A stretch of 64,000 bases of DNA, from NCBI GenBank assembly GCA_963769425.1, contig CAVYLP010000003.1:96001-160000 (forward strand). Direction: 5' to 3'. Every line of letters begins with the position of its first letter. Within the stretch, counting starts at the first letter, position 1. Below are positions 1 through 11,136 of the stretch, piece after piece. A program made the position numbers and the translations under genes. The notes beneath the pieces were generated by a model that saw only the letters and a list, made by a program, of their open reading frames with translations, did no database searches and was not told the DNA's origin. This stretch comes from Candidatus Bathyarchaeota archaeon. Lineage in GTDB: Archaea; Thermoproteota; Bathyarchaeia; TCS64.

Positions 1-420
1 AAAATAGTCTCATTCGGACTCAAACCGTATCCCCTAGATCGTGTCTACTTCGCCAGAAAACTCGTCAGTATAATCCTACCCCGATCAACATTTAGCGGGG
101 TTTTCTTATTTTCCAGAAGAGCTTGGCTTGAAAACGAGAAGGAAGAGGACGCCAAGAAGGTTTACAGAGCCCAAGACACATTGATGTTCCGATCGATTAG
201 GATAAGATACCCGGCCCGCCACTATTGGACTAAATCACTCCACCTAAGATCGCGAACCAAGGAGTCAAACTACTACTACTCGAGGGGACAGGTCAGCTAC
301 CAGGTTACAAAACGAAGCTCATTATTCGTTTTTCTCTCAAGCATAGTGTACCTACACCCGAAGATGTTCGTTGGATACAGACACGCTAAGCGAATGAAGA
401 TTAAGCGAGTCAGCTTGTAA
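1..420 (+). CDS. 3' part of a gene running off the window, possibly a glycosyltransferase family 2-like protein
   Basis: Frame 1 is open from base 1 to TAA at 418-420 (KIVSFG...TFSGVFLFSRRAW...AQDTL...); family call is weak. Confidence 0.45.
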   Translation, partial: KIVSFGLKPYPLDRVYFARKLVSIILPRSTFSGVFLFSRRAWLENEKEEDAKKVYRAQDTLMFRSIRIRYPARHYWTKSLHLRSRTKESNYYYSRGQVSYQVTKRSSLFVFLSSIVYLHPKMFVGYRHAKRMKIKRVSL

Positions 421-463
421 ACCTCTCGGAATAAAAATACAAAAAAATCATTTTTAAAAATGA

Positions 464-542
464 TGGCGCCCTGGCCGGGATTTGGACCCGGGATCTTTCG
501 GGTGACAGCCGAACATACTAGGCCGGACTATACTACCAGGGC
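464..542 (-). tRNA. tRNA-Asp(GTC)
   Basis: Acceptor GCCCTGG/CCAGGGC, anticodon arm TTCGG-CTGTCAC-CCGAA, encoded CCA. Confidence 0.95.
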
Positions 543-589
543 ACGCGCCAAGCAAATGAAGGGGGTTTCTATATTAAACTTTACGGGGC

Positions 590-832
590 TCACCTGTACT
601 CCTTCGCGATGAGCATCGTCGCCGTGAGGAGGATGTCGGGGATCCCCCTCAGCTTATCCACAATTAATTTGTCGAGGTGATTCATGTCCTTCGCCTTCAC
701 CTTGAGAATCAGGTCGAACTCCCCGTAGATGGCAGCCGCCTCCTCGACTTCGCTGAACTTGAGGACCTTCTCGCAGACGTCGTCCTCGGTTCCGGTTTTG
801 ACGTTAATCATGATGTATGCTTTTACGGACAT
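590..832 (-). CDS. Stand-alone Lrp/AsnC ligand-binding (RAM) domain protein
   Basis: AYIMINV...IYGEFDLILKV...T-T-M-L pattern, 80 aa. Confidence 0.85.
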   Translation of the reverse strand: MSVKAYIMINVKTGTEDDVCEKVLKFSEVEEAAAIYGEFDLILKVKAKDMNHLDKLIVDKLRGIPDILLTATMLIAKEYR

Positions 833-879
833 GCTACATCACCACTCCCCCGGGTAACGGGGCGGTTAAAACAGTTACC

Positions 880-1359
880 CTAAGAGGGGGAGACGACGCC
901 AGCCATCACTCGACCCGTCTCCGTGAGCCTGACGGGGACACCCTTGTTGTCCCTGTCCCCTGCGGCTATGAGCCCAGCGTCCCGGAGCCCCTTCAGATTC
1001 CAGCGCACAGTCGACCGGGGTATGTCGAGCTCCTCCGAGACCCTGTCAATCAGGGTCGTGTAGAGGGTCTCTCCCTGGACTTCAGCCACTATCCGGAGCA
1101 TCATCCTCTGCTTCTCCGTGAGCCTCCGCGCCGAGGCAGCCTCTAGGGCGCCCTCCATGGCGTAGAGCTCGCGGTAATGCTCCTTGAGCGACTCCTCCAG
1201 GGAGTCAACGTTCTTCACCAATCGGTTATAGCCGATCCTGTCTGGGTTGGTTTTTCCGAATCTGGATAACTCCCTCTTCAACTCGTTGAGGGACTGTACA
1301 AGATTCTTAGATTCGGGAGTCGGGTAGAATCCAGCCTTAGCGCTGGAGGAAACGTTCAC
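880..1359 (-). CDS. Winged-helix DNA-binding protein at the end of the leu operon
   Basis: C-terminal LTEKQR...IPRSTVRWNLKGLRDAGLI...VRLTETGR wHTH; coiled-coil N-terminus. Confidence 0.7.
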   Translation of the reverse strand: MNVSSSAKAGFYPTPESKNLVQSLNELKRELSRFGKTNPDRIGYNRLVKNVDSLEESLKEHYRELYAMEGALEAASARRLTEKQRMMLRIVAEVQGETLYTTLIDRVSEELDIPRSTVRWNLKGLRDAGLIAAGDRDNKGVPVRLTETGRVMAGVVSPS

Positions 1360-1400
1360 CGGACATTCTTTCTCCCGTCTCGGTATGCGTCGTCCTCGAT

Positions 1401-2415
1401 TTAAAAGGTTTTGTCGTTGATGTGGGCGATGACGGCTTTGGTGACGTCCTTCGTCTTTGCGGTTCCTCTGAGGTCGGGCGTCAACGCCTTCCCTTCCTTA
1501 AGCACCTCGACTATCGATGCCTCCAGCGCCTTCGCAGCCTGCTTCTCTCCTAACCAGTCGAGCATCATACCCGCGCTGAGCATCTGAGCGATGGGGTTCG
1601 CTATCCCCTTCCCAGCGATGTCGGGTGCGCTGCCGTGGACGGGCTCGAAGACGGCCATCTTGTCACCGATGTTCGCCGAGGGGGCCATACCCAAGCCGCC
1701 GACGACGCCCGCCGCGAGGTCACTCAGGATGTCCCCGAACAGGTTAGTCGTCACGACGACGTCGAACCTCTCCGGGTACATGACCATCTTCATAGCGCAG
1801 GCGTCGACTATCTCCTCGTTGTACTCGATGTCCTGGTAGCCCTTGGCGACCTTCCTGCAGCTGTCCTGGAAGACGCCGCAGGTCGTCTCCAGGACGTTTG
1901 ACTTGTGGACGCCGTGACCTTCTTGCGCCCTCCCTTCGGGCGAGCTCGAAGGCGTACTTGGCGATCCTCTCGGAGGCTTGGCGGGTTATCACCTTAAGGC
2001 GACGCCCCAGTCTGGTCCACCGTCCTGTATCCGCTTGTAGAGGTCACTCGGTGTTCTCGCGGACCATGACCATGTCCATCTGCCCCTTCACGTTGGGGAC
2101 GTTCGGGTAGACCTTGGCGGGGCGTATGTTCGCGTAGAGGTTGAGCCTCTGCCTCAGTGGGATGATGACCTCCTTCGCCGTCGCGCCCACCGCCGAGAAG
2201 AGGCAGACATCCGAAGCCTTCACGGCCTCGAAGGTCTCCTCCGTCATCGCGCAGCCAGTCTTCGCCTTGTAGGCGTCCCCCGCCATGTACTCCGTGAAGT
2301 CGAAACTGAACTTGCCGGACCTGTCCTGCATCTCGGTGAGCACGGAGACCGCGGCGGACATGACCTCGGGGCCGATACCGTCACCGGGTATTACAGCTAC
2401 CCTGTACTTCGCCAT
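1401..2415 (-). CDS. leuB: 3-isopropylmalate/isocitrate dehydrogenase family protein, split by several frameshifts
   Basis: GDGIGPEV and RENTE (ORF 2044-2415), ITRQASERIA (1744-1992), NLFGDILSD and FEPVHGSAPDIAG (1401-1793). Confidence 0.85.
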
Positions 2416-2419
2416 GCCT

Positions 2420-2912
2420 TCACCACTCCTTCATATGCGTCTTTAAGGTATGGCACGAGGCCGCCCTCGTTTAGGAGCTGCACCATGAAGTCGGGTAGGG
2501 GTTTGATGTCCAGCTTCTCCTTCCCGTTGATCGTCACGGTGCCCGCGGTAGTGTCTATCTCCACCTCATCCCCGGTCTTCACCTTCGAGATGCCCGGGCA
2601 CTCGATCGCCGCGAGGCCGACGTTGAAGCTGTTCCTGTAGAAGATGCGTGCGAAGCTCTCGGCGACGACTGCTCCGACGCCTGAGTGCTTGAGGGCGAGT
2701 GGGGCGTGCTCACGGCTCGAGCCGAGGCCCATGTTCTTTCCCCCGACGACTATGTCCCCTTTCTGCACCTTCTTCGCGAACGTCGGGTCGATGCCCTCCA
2801 TCGCATGCTTCGCCAGCTCCTTGTTGTCGGTTAGCTCCAGATACTTCCCCGGGAGCATGAAGTCGGTGTTTATGTTGTCGCCGTAGTTCCAGGCCTTACC
2901 CTTTATCTTCAT
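2420..2912 (-). CDS. leuD: 3-isopropylmalate dehydratase small subunit (frameshift near 3' end)
   Basis: MKIKGKAW, DNINTD, GSSREHA, SFARIFYRN; ATG overlaps the leuC TAA; the fusion in the ORF track is frameshift-derived. Confidence 0.85.
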
Positions 2913-4172
2913 TACTTGACCTCCCTGGGGTCGCTGATGACGCCGGTTAGTCGCCGACGCGGCTGCCGTGGCGGGGCTGCAGAGGTAGACGAATCCCTCC
3001 GTGCTACCCTGGCGCCCCCTGAAGTTCCTGTTGCTCGTAGAGAGGCTCACTTCACCAGGGGCGATGACGCCGTTGTTACCGCCGAAGCAGGCCCCGCAGC
3101 TCGGGTTGCAGACGACGCCCCCCGCGTCCATCAGGGCCTTGATTATCCCCTTAGCGTTGGCGGCGTCGTAGACCTCGAAGCTGGAGGGGGTCACCATGAG
3201 GCGCACGTCCCTGCTGATCCTCTTCCCCTTGAGTATCTTCGCTGCCTCCTCTAGGTCTTCGAGGCGCCCGTTTGTGCAGGAGCCTATGAAGACTTGGTCG
3301 ATCTTTGTGCCCGCGACCTCGGTGACGCCTTTGACGTTGTCGACGGCGTGTGGGCACGCGACCTGCGGCTCAAGCGCGGAGGCGTCGATGTCGAGCCTTT
3401 TCGCGTAATCGGCATTGGGGTCGGATTTGATTATTTTATACTTGTTTCTGACGCGGTCCTTGAGGAATGCGTCTGTGACCCTGTCGGGTTCAACTATGCC
3501 GGTCTTTCCGCCCATCTCTATGGCCATGTTGCATATGGTCATCCTCCCCGCCATGCTCATGGAGCGGATGGTGTCACCACCATACTCTATCGCCATGTAG
3601 GTTGCACCGTCTGCCCCGATCTCCTTTGCAGACTTCAGGACCACGTCCTTGGGTGCTACCCACTTGGGGAGTGTCCCGTTCACCTCTACCCTTATAGTCT
3701 CAGGGACCTTGAACCAGAGCTTCCCCGTGGCGAGTGCGGCGCCCATATCGGTTGAGCCTACCCCGGTTGCGAATGCGCCGAAGGCACCGTGGGTGCAAGT
3801 GTGGCTATCCGCTCCGACCAGCACCATGCCCGGCCAGACGTGCCCCTTCTCGGGTAGAACCTGATGGCAAACTCCGGCGTTGATGTCGTAGAAGAAGGTG
3901 AAGCCCTCATCCTTCGCAATCTCTCTGCACTGCTTGTGGAGGGTCGCGTTCTGGACGTTCGTCGCTGGGGCTATGTGGTCGTTAAGGAAGACGACCTTGG
4001 TCTTGTCCCAGACCCGCTTGACGCCCATCTCCTTCATCGCATTGTAGGCGAGGACCGCTGTGAGGTCGGGTGCCATGGCGATGTCTATCTTCGCCTTCAC
4101 AATCTCCCCGGGCTCGACGCTCTTCAGTCCGGCGTGCTCGGCGAGTATCTTCTGGCTCACGGTGAGGCTCAT
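2912..4172 (-). CDS. leuC: 3-isopropylmalate dehydratase large subunit (frameshift near 3' end)
   Basis: DSHT, IGSCTNGR, PSCGAC, STSNRNFRGRQG. Confidence 0.9.
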
Positions 4173-5713
4173 TGTTCTTCGGTCTCCAGCAGCCGGTTCA
4201 TGCCTTTTAGGATTGCCTCGACGCTCGCCATGACCGTGTCGCCGTTTACGCTGCTCGCTGTGACGTTGCGCCCGTTGCGACGCATGCTCACCGTAACATC
4301 CGCCACGGCGTTTGTGCCCCCGGTGATGGCCTTCATGTTGAATTTCTCGAGGCTCATGTCGCGGAAGCCCTTCTCAACATTCGTGAGGGCCTTGACGGCG
4401 GCATCTATAGGGCCGTTACCTATGGCTGCGCCAGCGTACTCCTTGCCGTCTACTATAAGGATGGCCGAGGCGGTCGGGGTGACTGTGTTACCGGTCACGA
4501 CAACCAACTCCTTGAGCTTGACCCGTTCCTCGCCCTTGATGTTCATGATATTCTTCGTAATGGCGTAGAGGTCGGTGTCCGTGACGCTCTTACCAGAGTC
4601 GCCAAGCGTCTTTACCGCTTCGGCGATCTGCTTCAGCTGGTCCTTGTTAGGGTGGAAGCCCATGTCCTCTAGCATGCTTCCTATTCCGTGGCGACCCGCG
4701 TGCTTTCCTGCCACGATGCGGCGCTTCTTCCCCACGAACTCGGGGCTGAGTATCTCGTAGTTACCACTGTGGGCTAGGAGGCCGTGAACGTGGATGCCCG
4801 ACTCGTGGGCGAAGGCGTTGTCGCCGACGATTGGTGTCGTCGGTGGCAGGTAGATGCCACTGTAGTGCTGGATCATCTCCGAGACCTCGGCTATCTTGCT
4901 GAAGTTGAGGCCCGTCTGTATCTTGTATTGTGCCTCCAAGCAGACGGCTACCTGCTCTAGACTCGCGTTACCGGCGCGCTCGCCTAGCCCATTGATGGTG
5001 ACGTGTGCCTGCTCGGCCCCCGCCTCGATGGCAGCGAGGGTGTTGGCAACAGCCTGCCCGAGGTCGTTGTGGGCATGGGCGCTCAGAGGCGTCTTCACGT
5101 GCTTCTTCAGCTCGCTGAAGAACTCGAAGGTCATGCGGGGGGTCATGACGCCGACGGTGTCGGGGATGTTAAGCATCTCCGCCCCGGCGTCCTCTGCGGC
5201 CTTGCAGACCTCTATCAGGTAGTCCATGTCGGTTCTGGTCGCGTCCTGTGGACTGTACTCGACACGGAGACCATGGTCGCGGGCGTACTCGATCCCCTCG
5301 ACGCTCTGCCTCAGGACCTCCTCCCGAGTCGTCTTCATCATCGTCTTGATGTGGAGGTCGCTGGTGCTGATGAAGATGTGAATGTAGGGGACGTCGCACC
5401 AGAGGGCCTTATCGATGTCCTCCTTCAGGGGCCGGGCGAGGGTGGTGATCATGCTGCTCAGGCCGAGCTTCACGATCTTCTTCGTCGCCTCGGCCTCGCC
5501 CTCGCTCGATATGGCGAAGCTCGCCTCAATCTTAGGCACGCCCAGCTCGTCGAGCTTGCGCGCTATCTCGATCTTCTCATCGTTCGTGTACGTCACACCG
5601 GGAGTCTGCTCACCATCCCTCATCGACGTGTCGAAGATGATTACCCGCTTTGGCGGGTTGATCTTGCTCCTCGCCTGGAACTGGCTCAGATAGAACTCGT
5701 TGTTTGGCATCAT
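4169..5713 (-). CDS. leuA: 2-isopropylmalate synthase / (R)-citramalate synthase
   Basis: DTSMRDGEQ, HAHND, GLGERAGN, HESGIH, C-terminal regulatory domain with GNGPIDA. Confidence 0.85.
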   Translation of the reverse strand: MMPNNEFYLSQFQARSKINPPKRVIIFDTSMRDGEQTPGVTYTNDEKIEIARKLDELGVPKIEASFAISSEGEAEATKKIVKLGLSSMITTLARPLKEDIDKALWCDVPYIHIFISTSDLHIKTMMKTTREEVLRQSVEGIEYARDHGLRVEYSPQDATRTDMDYLIEVCKAAEDAGAEMLNIPDTVGVMTPRMTFEFFSELKKHVKTPLSAHAHNDLGQAVANTLAAIEAGAEQAHVTINGLGERAGNASLEQVAVCLEAQYKIQTGLNFSKIAEVSEMIQHYSGIYLPPTTPIVGDNAFAHESGIHVHGLLAHSGNYEILSPEFVGKKRRIVAGKHAGRHGIGSMLEDMGFHPNKDQLKQIAEAVKTLGDSGKSVTDTDLYAITKNIMNIKGEERVKLKELVVVTGNTVTPTASAILIVDGKEYAGAAIGNGPIDAAVKALTNVEKGFRDMSLEKFNMKAITGGTNAVADVTVSMRRNGRNVTASSVNGDTVMASVEAILKGMNRLLETEEQ

Positions 5714-5834
5714 TGCACCGGCTTTGTGTTTGTGGTATGAGCAGGCCCTTCGTTAATAAGCGAAATGAGCAACGCGTGTTGCACATCCCTCGACCGCTAC
5801 TGTTTTATCGCTCCTCAGACGGCGATTCCCTGAT

Positions 5835-6920
5835 TTGCAGTACCACGTCGTACTCACCGAGAGATGCAACCTGAGCTGCGGCTACTGCGGAGGCACGAGG
5901 CACGTCCAAGGGATACCCTTGGACGTGACATACGATGTGGGCGACCTCGTGAACTTCATCGGCCACGATCCAGAGGCGGTCATCGGCTTCTACGGCGGTG
6001 AGCCACTGCTTGCCCTCAACAATATGTACGATATTATGGACCGTGTCCCAGCCAAGGCCTTCACTCTCCAGACGAATGCCACCCATCTTGATGAGGTCGA
6101 CCCCGCATACCTCAACCGCCTCGACGCCGTCCTCGTCAGCATCGACGGCGGCAAGGAGATAACAGACGCCAACAGGCACGAGGGCGTGTACGACACCGTG
6201 ATCAGGAACTGCCGGTTGATCCGCCGAAATGGCTACGAGAACGACCTAGTAGCTAGAATGGCCTTCAGCCGGAGGGGTGATATCCACAGGGACGTGACCC
6301 ACCTTCTCAGCCTCAAAGACCCCGTCTTCGACCACGTCCACTGGCAGCTCGATGTCTTCTGGAGCGAGATAAGGGACGAGCACGAGGTGGAGGAGTGGCT
6401 TGGAAGATACGACGAGGGCATAACTAGGCTCGTGAGGGAATTTGGGGACTCCCTCGAACGCGGCGTGGTCCCAGGCGTTGTGCCGTTCATACCCATCCTC
6501 CGCACACTTTTAACTGGCGAACCCGTCCCGCACATCTGGTGTGGCTCGGGCAGGGACAGCTTCGCCATCATGACGGGGGGCAGAATCGATGTCTGTCCCA
6601 TCGCGCCCGAGCTCTCCTACTCCCCAGTCGGCGACATAAGAAACAGCACCCCCGAATCGCTTAGAGATATCCTCCCCGTCGGGGAGCCGTGCAGCCTCTG
6701 CCCGGATAAATGGGTCTGTGGAGGCCGATGCCTCTTCGCAAACAAGACGAACTTCTGGGGGAGAAAATGGTTCGACAGGGTCTGCACATCGACGCGCCAC
6801 ATGATCAGGGAACTCGAATCACTCGTCGAGCCGACTATGAATCTGATGCATGAGGGTGTGCTCGGGGCCGACGCCCTAGATTACCCTAAGATAAACAACG
6901 GGTGCGAGATAATCCCGTAG
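5835..6920 (+). CDS. Radical SAM/SPASM protein (archaeal AF_0577/TIGR04084-like)
   Basis: CNLSCGYC, FYGGEP, CSLC...CGGRC, C-terminal NNGCEIIP. Confidence 0.85.
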   Translation: MQYHVVLTERCNLSCGYCGGTRHVQGIPLDVTYDVGDLVNFIGHDPEAVIGFYGGEPLLALNNMYDIMDRVPAKAFTLQTNATHLDEVDPAYLNRLDAVLVSIDGGKEITDANRHEGVYDTVIRNCRLIRRNGYENDLVARMAFSRRGDIHRDVTHLLSLKDPVFDHVHWQLDVFWSEIRDEHEVEEWLGRYDEGITRLVREFGDSLERGVVPGVVPFIPILRTLLTGEPVPHIWCGSGRDSFAIMTGGRIDVCPIAPELSYSPVGDIRNSTPESLRDILPVGEPCSLCPDKWVCGGRCLFANKTNFWGRKWFDRVCTSTRHMIRELESLVEPTMNLMHEGVLGADALDYPKINNGCEIIP

Positions 6921-6925
6921 GGGAG

Positions 6926-8765
6926 TTATACCCCGCCCACGTTTGTCCCCTTGAACTGGCTCACGTAGAGGTTGTAGTAGAATCCCCTCTCCGAGAGCAA
7001 GTGAGTCGTGCGTCCCGCGCTCCACTATCTCACCGTCCCGAATCACGAGCACCTGATCAGCCTTCCTTATTGTGCTGAGCCTGTGGGCGATGACGAAGCT
7101 CGTCCTCCCCTCCATCAGCTTCAGCAGGGCCTCCTGTATCCTGATCTCCGTCCTCGTGTCGACGTTACTCGTCGCCTCGTCTAGGATGAGTATCTTCGGG
7201 TCCGCTATGATGGCCCTAGCGATGGCGAGTAGCTGACGCTGCCCCTGACTTAGGTTGCTACCCCTCTCCGTGAGCATCGTCTTGTAGCCCTCGGGGAGGC
7301 GCGTTATGAACTGGTCAGCATTAGCTAGCTTCGCAGCCGCTACGCAGTCCTCGTCCGTCGCCTCAAGATTACCGTAGCGGATGTTCTCCATCACGGTATC
7401 CGCGAAGAGGAAGTTATCCTGCAGCACGGTCCCGAGCTGCTTCCTCAGGCTCTCCCTCGTCACGTCCCTGACGTCGACGCCGTCGATCCTGATGGAGCCC
7501 GCCTGGATGTCGTAGAACCTGCTGAGAATGTTGACCATCGTTGTCTTCCCCGCCCCGGTTGGGCCCACTAGTGCCATCATCTGCCCCGGCTTCGCGTGGA
7601 AGCTCAGGTTCTTGATGATCGGCGTCTTGCCGTCGTAGCTGAAGTCGACATTCTCGAAGACGATGTCCCCCTTTATCTCCTCTAGGGGCTTCGCGTCGGG
7701 TTTGTCGTTTATCTCGGGCTTCTCGTCCATGGTCTCGAAGATGCGCTCAGCGCCCGCGAGGGCGGATTGGATCGTGTTGTAGAGGTTCGCAAGCTGCTGC
7801 AGGGGCTGTGAGAAGTTACGGGCATAGAAGATGAAGGTAGTGATGACACCTATGGTGACCATGCCCTGGACAGCCATCCAGCCGCCGAGCCCCGCGACCA
7901 CCGCGATGGCGACGCTGCCCATGATGTTCATTATCGGCATGATGACGAAGGCGTAGCTGTTCGCTCTTGTGGCAATCTTGCGCACGGACTCGTTGGTCTC
8001 GTCAAAGTCCTTCAGGACTCGGTCCTGCCTGCTGAAGGCCTGGACGACGCGCTCGCCGCTGATGGTCTCCTCCATAGTGCTGTTGAGCCTGCCGAGATCC
8101 CTCTGGAGGCCCCTGAAACCTGATAGGGTCTTACCGCCGATGAACACCGTCACGAATATCATGAGGGGGAACACGAGCAGACTACCTAGCGCCAGCCACG
8201 CGTTCAGGATGAACATGGCAATTAGTATCCCGATGATGGAGAGGAAGCTCGATATCAGCTGCGTTAGGCTCTGGCTTAGCGCCTGGTTTATTGCGTCGAT
8301 GTCATTCGTGAGCCTGCTCATCAACTCACCCTGGGTGCGCTTATCGAAGAAGCTGAGGCTGAGAGTCTGGAGGTGCTCGAAGAGCTCCTTCCTCAGCTGC
8401 TTAAGCACCTTCTGGGATATCCGCGCCATGAGGATTGCCTGTAGCGTGTTCGACGCATAGCCCACAGCGTATACGAAGCCCAAGATGATCACGACGCCAT
8501 AGAGTCCGGGGACGTTCCCCGTCCGTATGTACTGGTCCACGGCGACGCCTACAAAGTACGGACCTAGCAGCGACGCGACCGTACCAACTACCACGAATGT
8601 GCCTATCAACGCCAACTGGAGTTTGAATGCTAGAAGGTAGCGAGCTAGACGTGAGAGTGTCACGCCCGGGTTCTTGGCTCTAGCTACGCCCATGGCGAAG
8701 CCCGCGCCGGGACCCCTCCCCGGTGGACCTATTCCGGGCCTGTTAGCTTGTGGTTGATGGGTCAT
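6926..8765 (-). CDS. ABC exporter half-transporter (TMD+NBD), partner 2; frameshift near 3' end
   Basis: Starts MTHQPQ; GPTGAGKT, LSQGQRQ, DEATS; shifted frame ends ...YVSQFKGTNVGGV*. Confidence 0.85.
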
Positions 8766-10505
8766 AGCCTGATCCCTCCGCCGAGCTGGGAGTCGTATAT
8801 CTCCCTGTAGATCGGAGCTCGTCTTCATCAACTCGTTGTGCGTTCCCTCAGCGGCTATACGCCCCTTGTCCAGGACCACAATCTTGTCCGCTTTGAGAAC
8901 GGTGCTGATCCTCTGGGCGATTATGAAGCTCGTCCTGTTCTCCATGATCCTGTCTAGCTGCTCCTGTATCTTTGCCTCGGTCTCGACGTCGACGGAGCTG
9001 GTGCTGTCGTCGAGTATGAGTATCTTCGGTTGGACGAGTAGAGCCCTGGCTATGCTGACCCTCTGCTTCTGCCCACCTGAGAGGCCCGCGCCCCTCTCAC
9101 CGACGTCGGTGTCGTACCCGTTGGGGAAGCTCATGATGAACTCGTGGGCCTGCGCGGCCTTCGCGGCCGCGATGACATCCTCCTCGGAGGCGTCAGGTTT
9201 TCCGTATCGTATATTGTCGCGTATGGTGCCGCTGAAGAGTATGGCCTCCTGGAGAGCGACGCCTATGTTTGAGCGTAGTGACTCGAGGGTTACGTCCCTC
9301 ACGTCGACGCCATCGACGGTGAGTTTACCCTTGGTAACGTCATAGAAGCGTGGGATTAGGTCAATTATAGTGGATTTACCCGAGCCAGTGGCGCCGAGGA
9401 TCGCGATGGTCTGCCCCGGCTCAGCCACGAGACTAACGTTCTGGAGCACCGGCTCATTGAGGTTGCGAGAGTAGCTGAATGAAACGTCGTCGAAGACGAC
9501 CCTCCCCTTGACCTCTGGGAGCTGCTTCGCGTCGAGCTTTTCCTTGACCTCTATCTCGGAGTCTAGTATCTCGTAGATGCGCTGGGCTGAGGCGTTTGCA
9601 GCTGAGAGCTGGCTCGACATCATGGCGAAGAAGAGAAGGGGCATTATGGCCGTGAGGAGGTAATTGGCGAAGGCGACGACGTCGCCCACACTGAACCTCC
9701 CGCCGATGACCTCTAGCCCACCGAACCATACAACTCCAAGTAAACTGACGTTGATGATTATCTGCATCGTTGGGAAGAGGATGGCGAATATCATGAGTAC
9801 GTTCGCTGACTGCTTCGTGAGGTCCTCGTTCGCCTTCTCGAAGCGCTGCGCTTCGTGGTCCTGCCTGACGAATGCCTTCACGACCCTGACGCCAGCGAGG
9901 TTCTCCTGAAGCACAGTGTTGAGCTTGTCGAGCCTCTGCTGTACGCCGAGGAACATTGGCTGCGCCTTAAAGACGAAGGCGCCGGCGAGGAGCAGCGTGA
10001 ATGGGAGTAGGAGGAGGACGATCTTGGCGAGCTCCGCGTTGATGAGGAACATTATGGTGATGCTGCCGACGATCATTATCGGGGCCCTAATGAACATCCT
10101 GAGCCCCATCATAACCATCATCTGAATCGAGTTGACGTCACTGGTGAGCCTGACAATGAGTTGGCCGGTCTGGAACTTGTCGAGGTTGCCGAAGCTGAAC
10201 TTCTGGATCTTATGAAATGCCGCGCTCCTAACGTCAGCGGCGAAGCTCTGCGCGACTCTTACGGCAAGGAAAGTGTTCCCAATGGTTACAACTGCCTCAA
10301 ACAGCGCTACACCAATCATGAGAAGGGCAGTGGTTGCTATAATCGTTAGATCCTTAGGAACGATCCCGTAGTCAATTATGCGTTGAATAAGTGTGGGGAT
10401 CGTTAGATCCGCGGCCACCGATGCTAACAGTAGGCCAACAGCGAATGCGCTTGTGCGCGTGTAGGGCCTGACATATCCGAGTATCCTTAAAAGTGGGTTA
10501 GCCAA
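8762..10505 (-). CDS. ABC exporter half-transporter (TMD+NBD), partner 1; frameshift near 3' end
   Basis: GATGSGKS, LSGGQKQR, degenerate DDSTS typical of heterodimeric exporters; shifted frame ends ...IYDSQLGGGIRL*. Confidence 0.85.
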
Positions 10506-10553
10506 CTTCGGGCCTCCGTTTGAATGTGTCCAATCTCGTTGAATCGATCTCTA

Positions 10554-11030
10554 TCACTGCTTCTTCATCTCGTTGAGTTTTGATAGTATCACTCGGACGC
10601 TCTCAAGTGAGGCGTAGAGCGTCTTCCGCTCCTCCTCGGAGAGGGTCGAGAGCTTCTTTCTCGCGGACTCCCTCGCCTCCTTCCACCTGTCCTCCATATA
10701 CATCTTACCCTGAGGCGTGAGTCCAACCTCGATTACTCTGCGGTCCTTCTGGTCCTGCTTCCTCTCTACCCAGCCTTCTGTTATGAGCCGGTCGATGATC
10801 GAGGTCATGTTCGGCTTGGAGATGCCGAGCCAGGCACCTATCTTTGACATAGGGAGAGGGCCGTGCCTCATCAGGATCCCCATGACCTTGAAATCCGAGC
10901 TGTTCGGGTTGTGGCCTTGGTTTTCGACCCTGAGTATTGTGCGGTGGAAGAGGGGGACGATGCTGTAGATGTCGTCCAGCATCTTATCCATCTTCTCCAC
11001 GGACGATCCTTCACCCATTTTTTCGTTCAC
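10554..11030 (-). CDS. MarR family transcriptional regulator
   Basis: ISKPNMTSIIDRL...DQKDRR...LTPQG; leads the ABC exporter pair. Confidence 0.9.
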   Translation of the reverse strand: MNEKMGEGSSVEKMDKMLDDIYSIVPLFHRTILRVENQGHNPNSSDFKVMGILMRHGPLPMSKIGAWLGISKPNMTSIIDRLITEGWVERKQDQKDRRVIEVGLTPQGKMYMEDRWKEARESARKKLSTLSEEERKTLYASLESVRVILSKLNEMKKQ

Positions 11031-11035
11031 CGAAT

Positions 11036-11066
11036 TAACAGTTATGTTATAGAACTATTATATAAA
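11036..11066 (-). promoter_or_regulatory. Putative MarR operator abutting the TATA box
   Basis: Imperfect inverted repeat TAACAGTT-N9-AACTATTA (11036-11060) adjacent to minus-strand TTTATATA (11059-11066). Confidence 0.5.
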
Positions 11067-11136
11067 CGTACCTTTCTACGGATACGGTGGCATTTAAAGC
11101 TGGAGGATACGATCCAGTGCAACAAGGTGCAAGCGT

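Noticed and set aside
2397-4172. Apparent LeuC-LeuD fusion
   Set aside because: The linker is out-of-frame nonsense; a normal ...DPREVK* end and TAATG junction exist one frame over.
6876-10505. Apparent 1209-aa full-length ABC transporter
   Set aside because: A frameshift near 8815 hides the stop at 8762-8764; these are two half-transporters.
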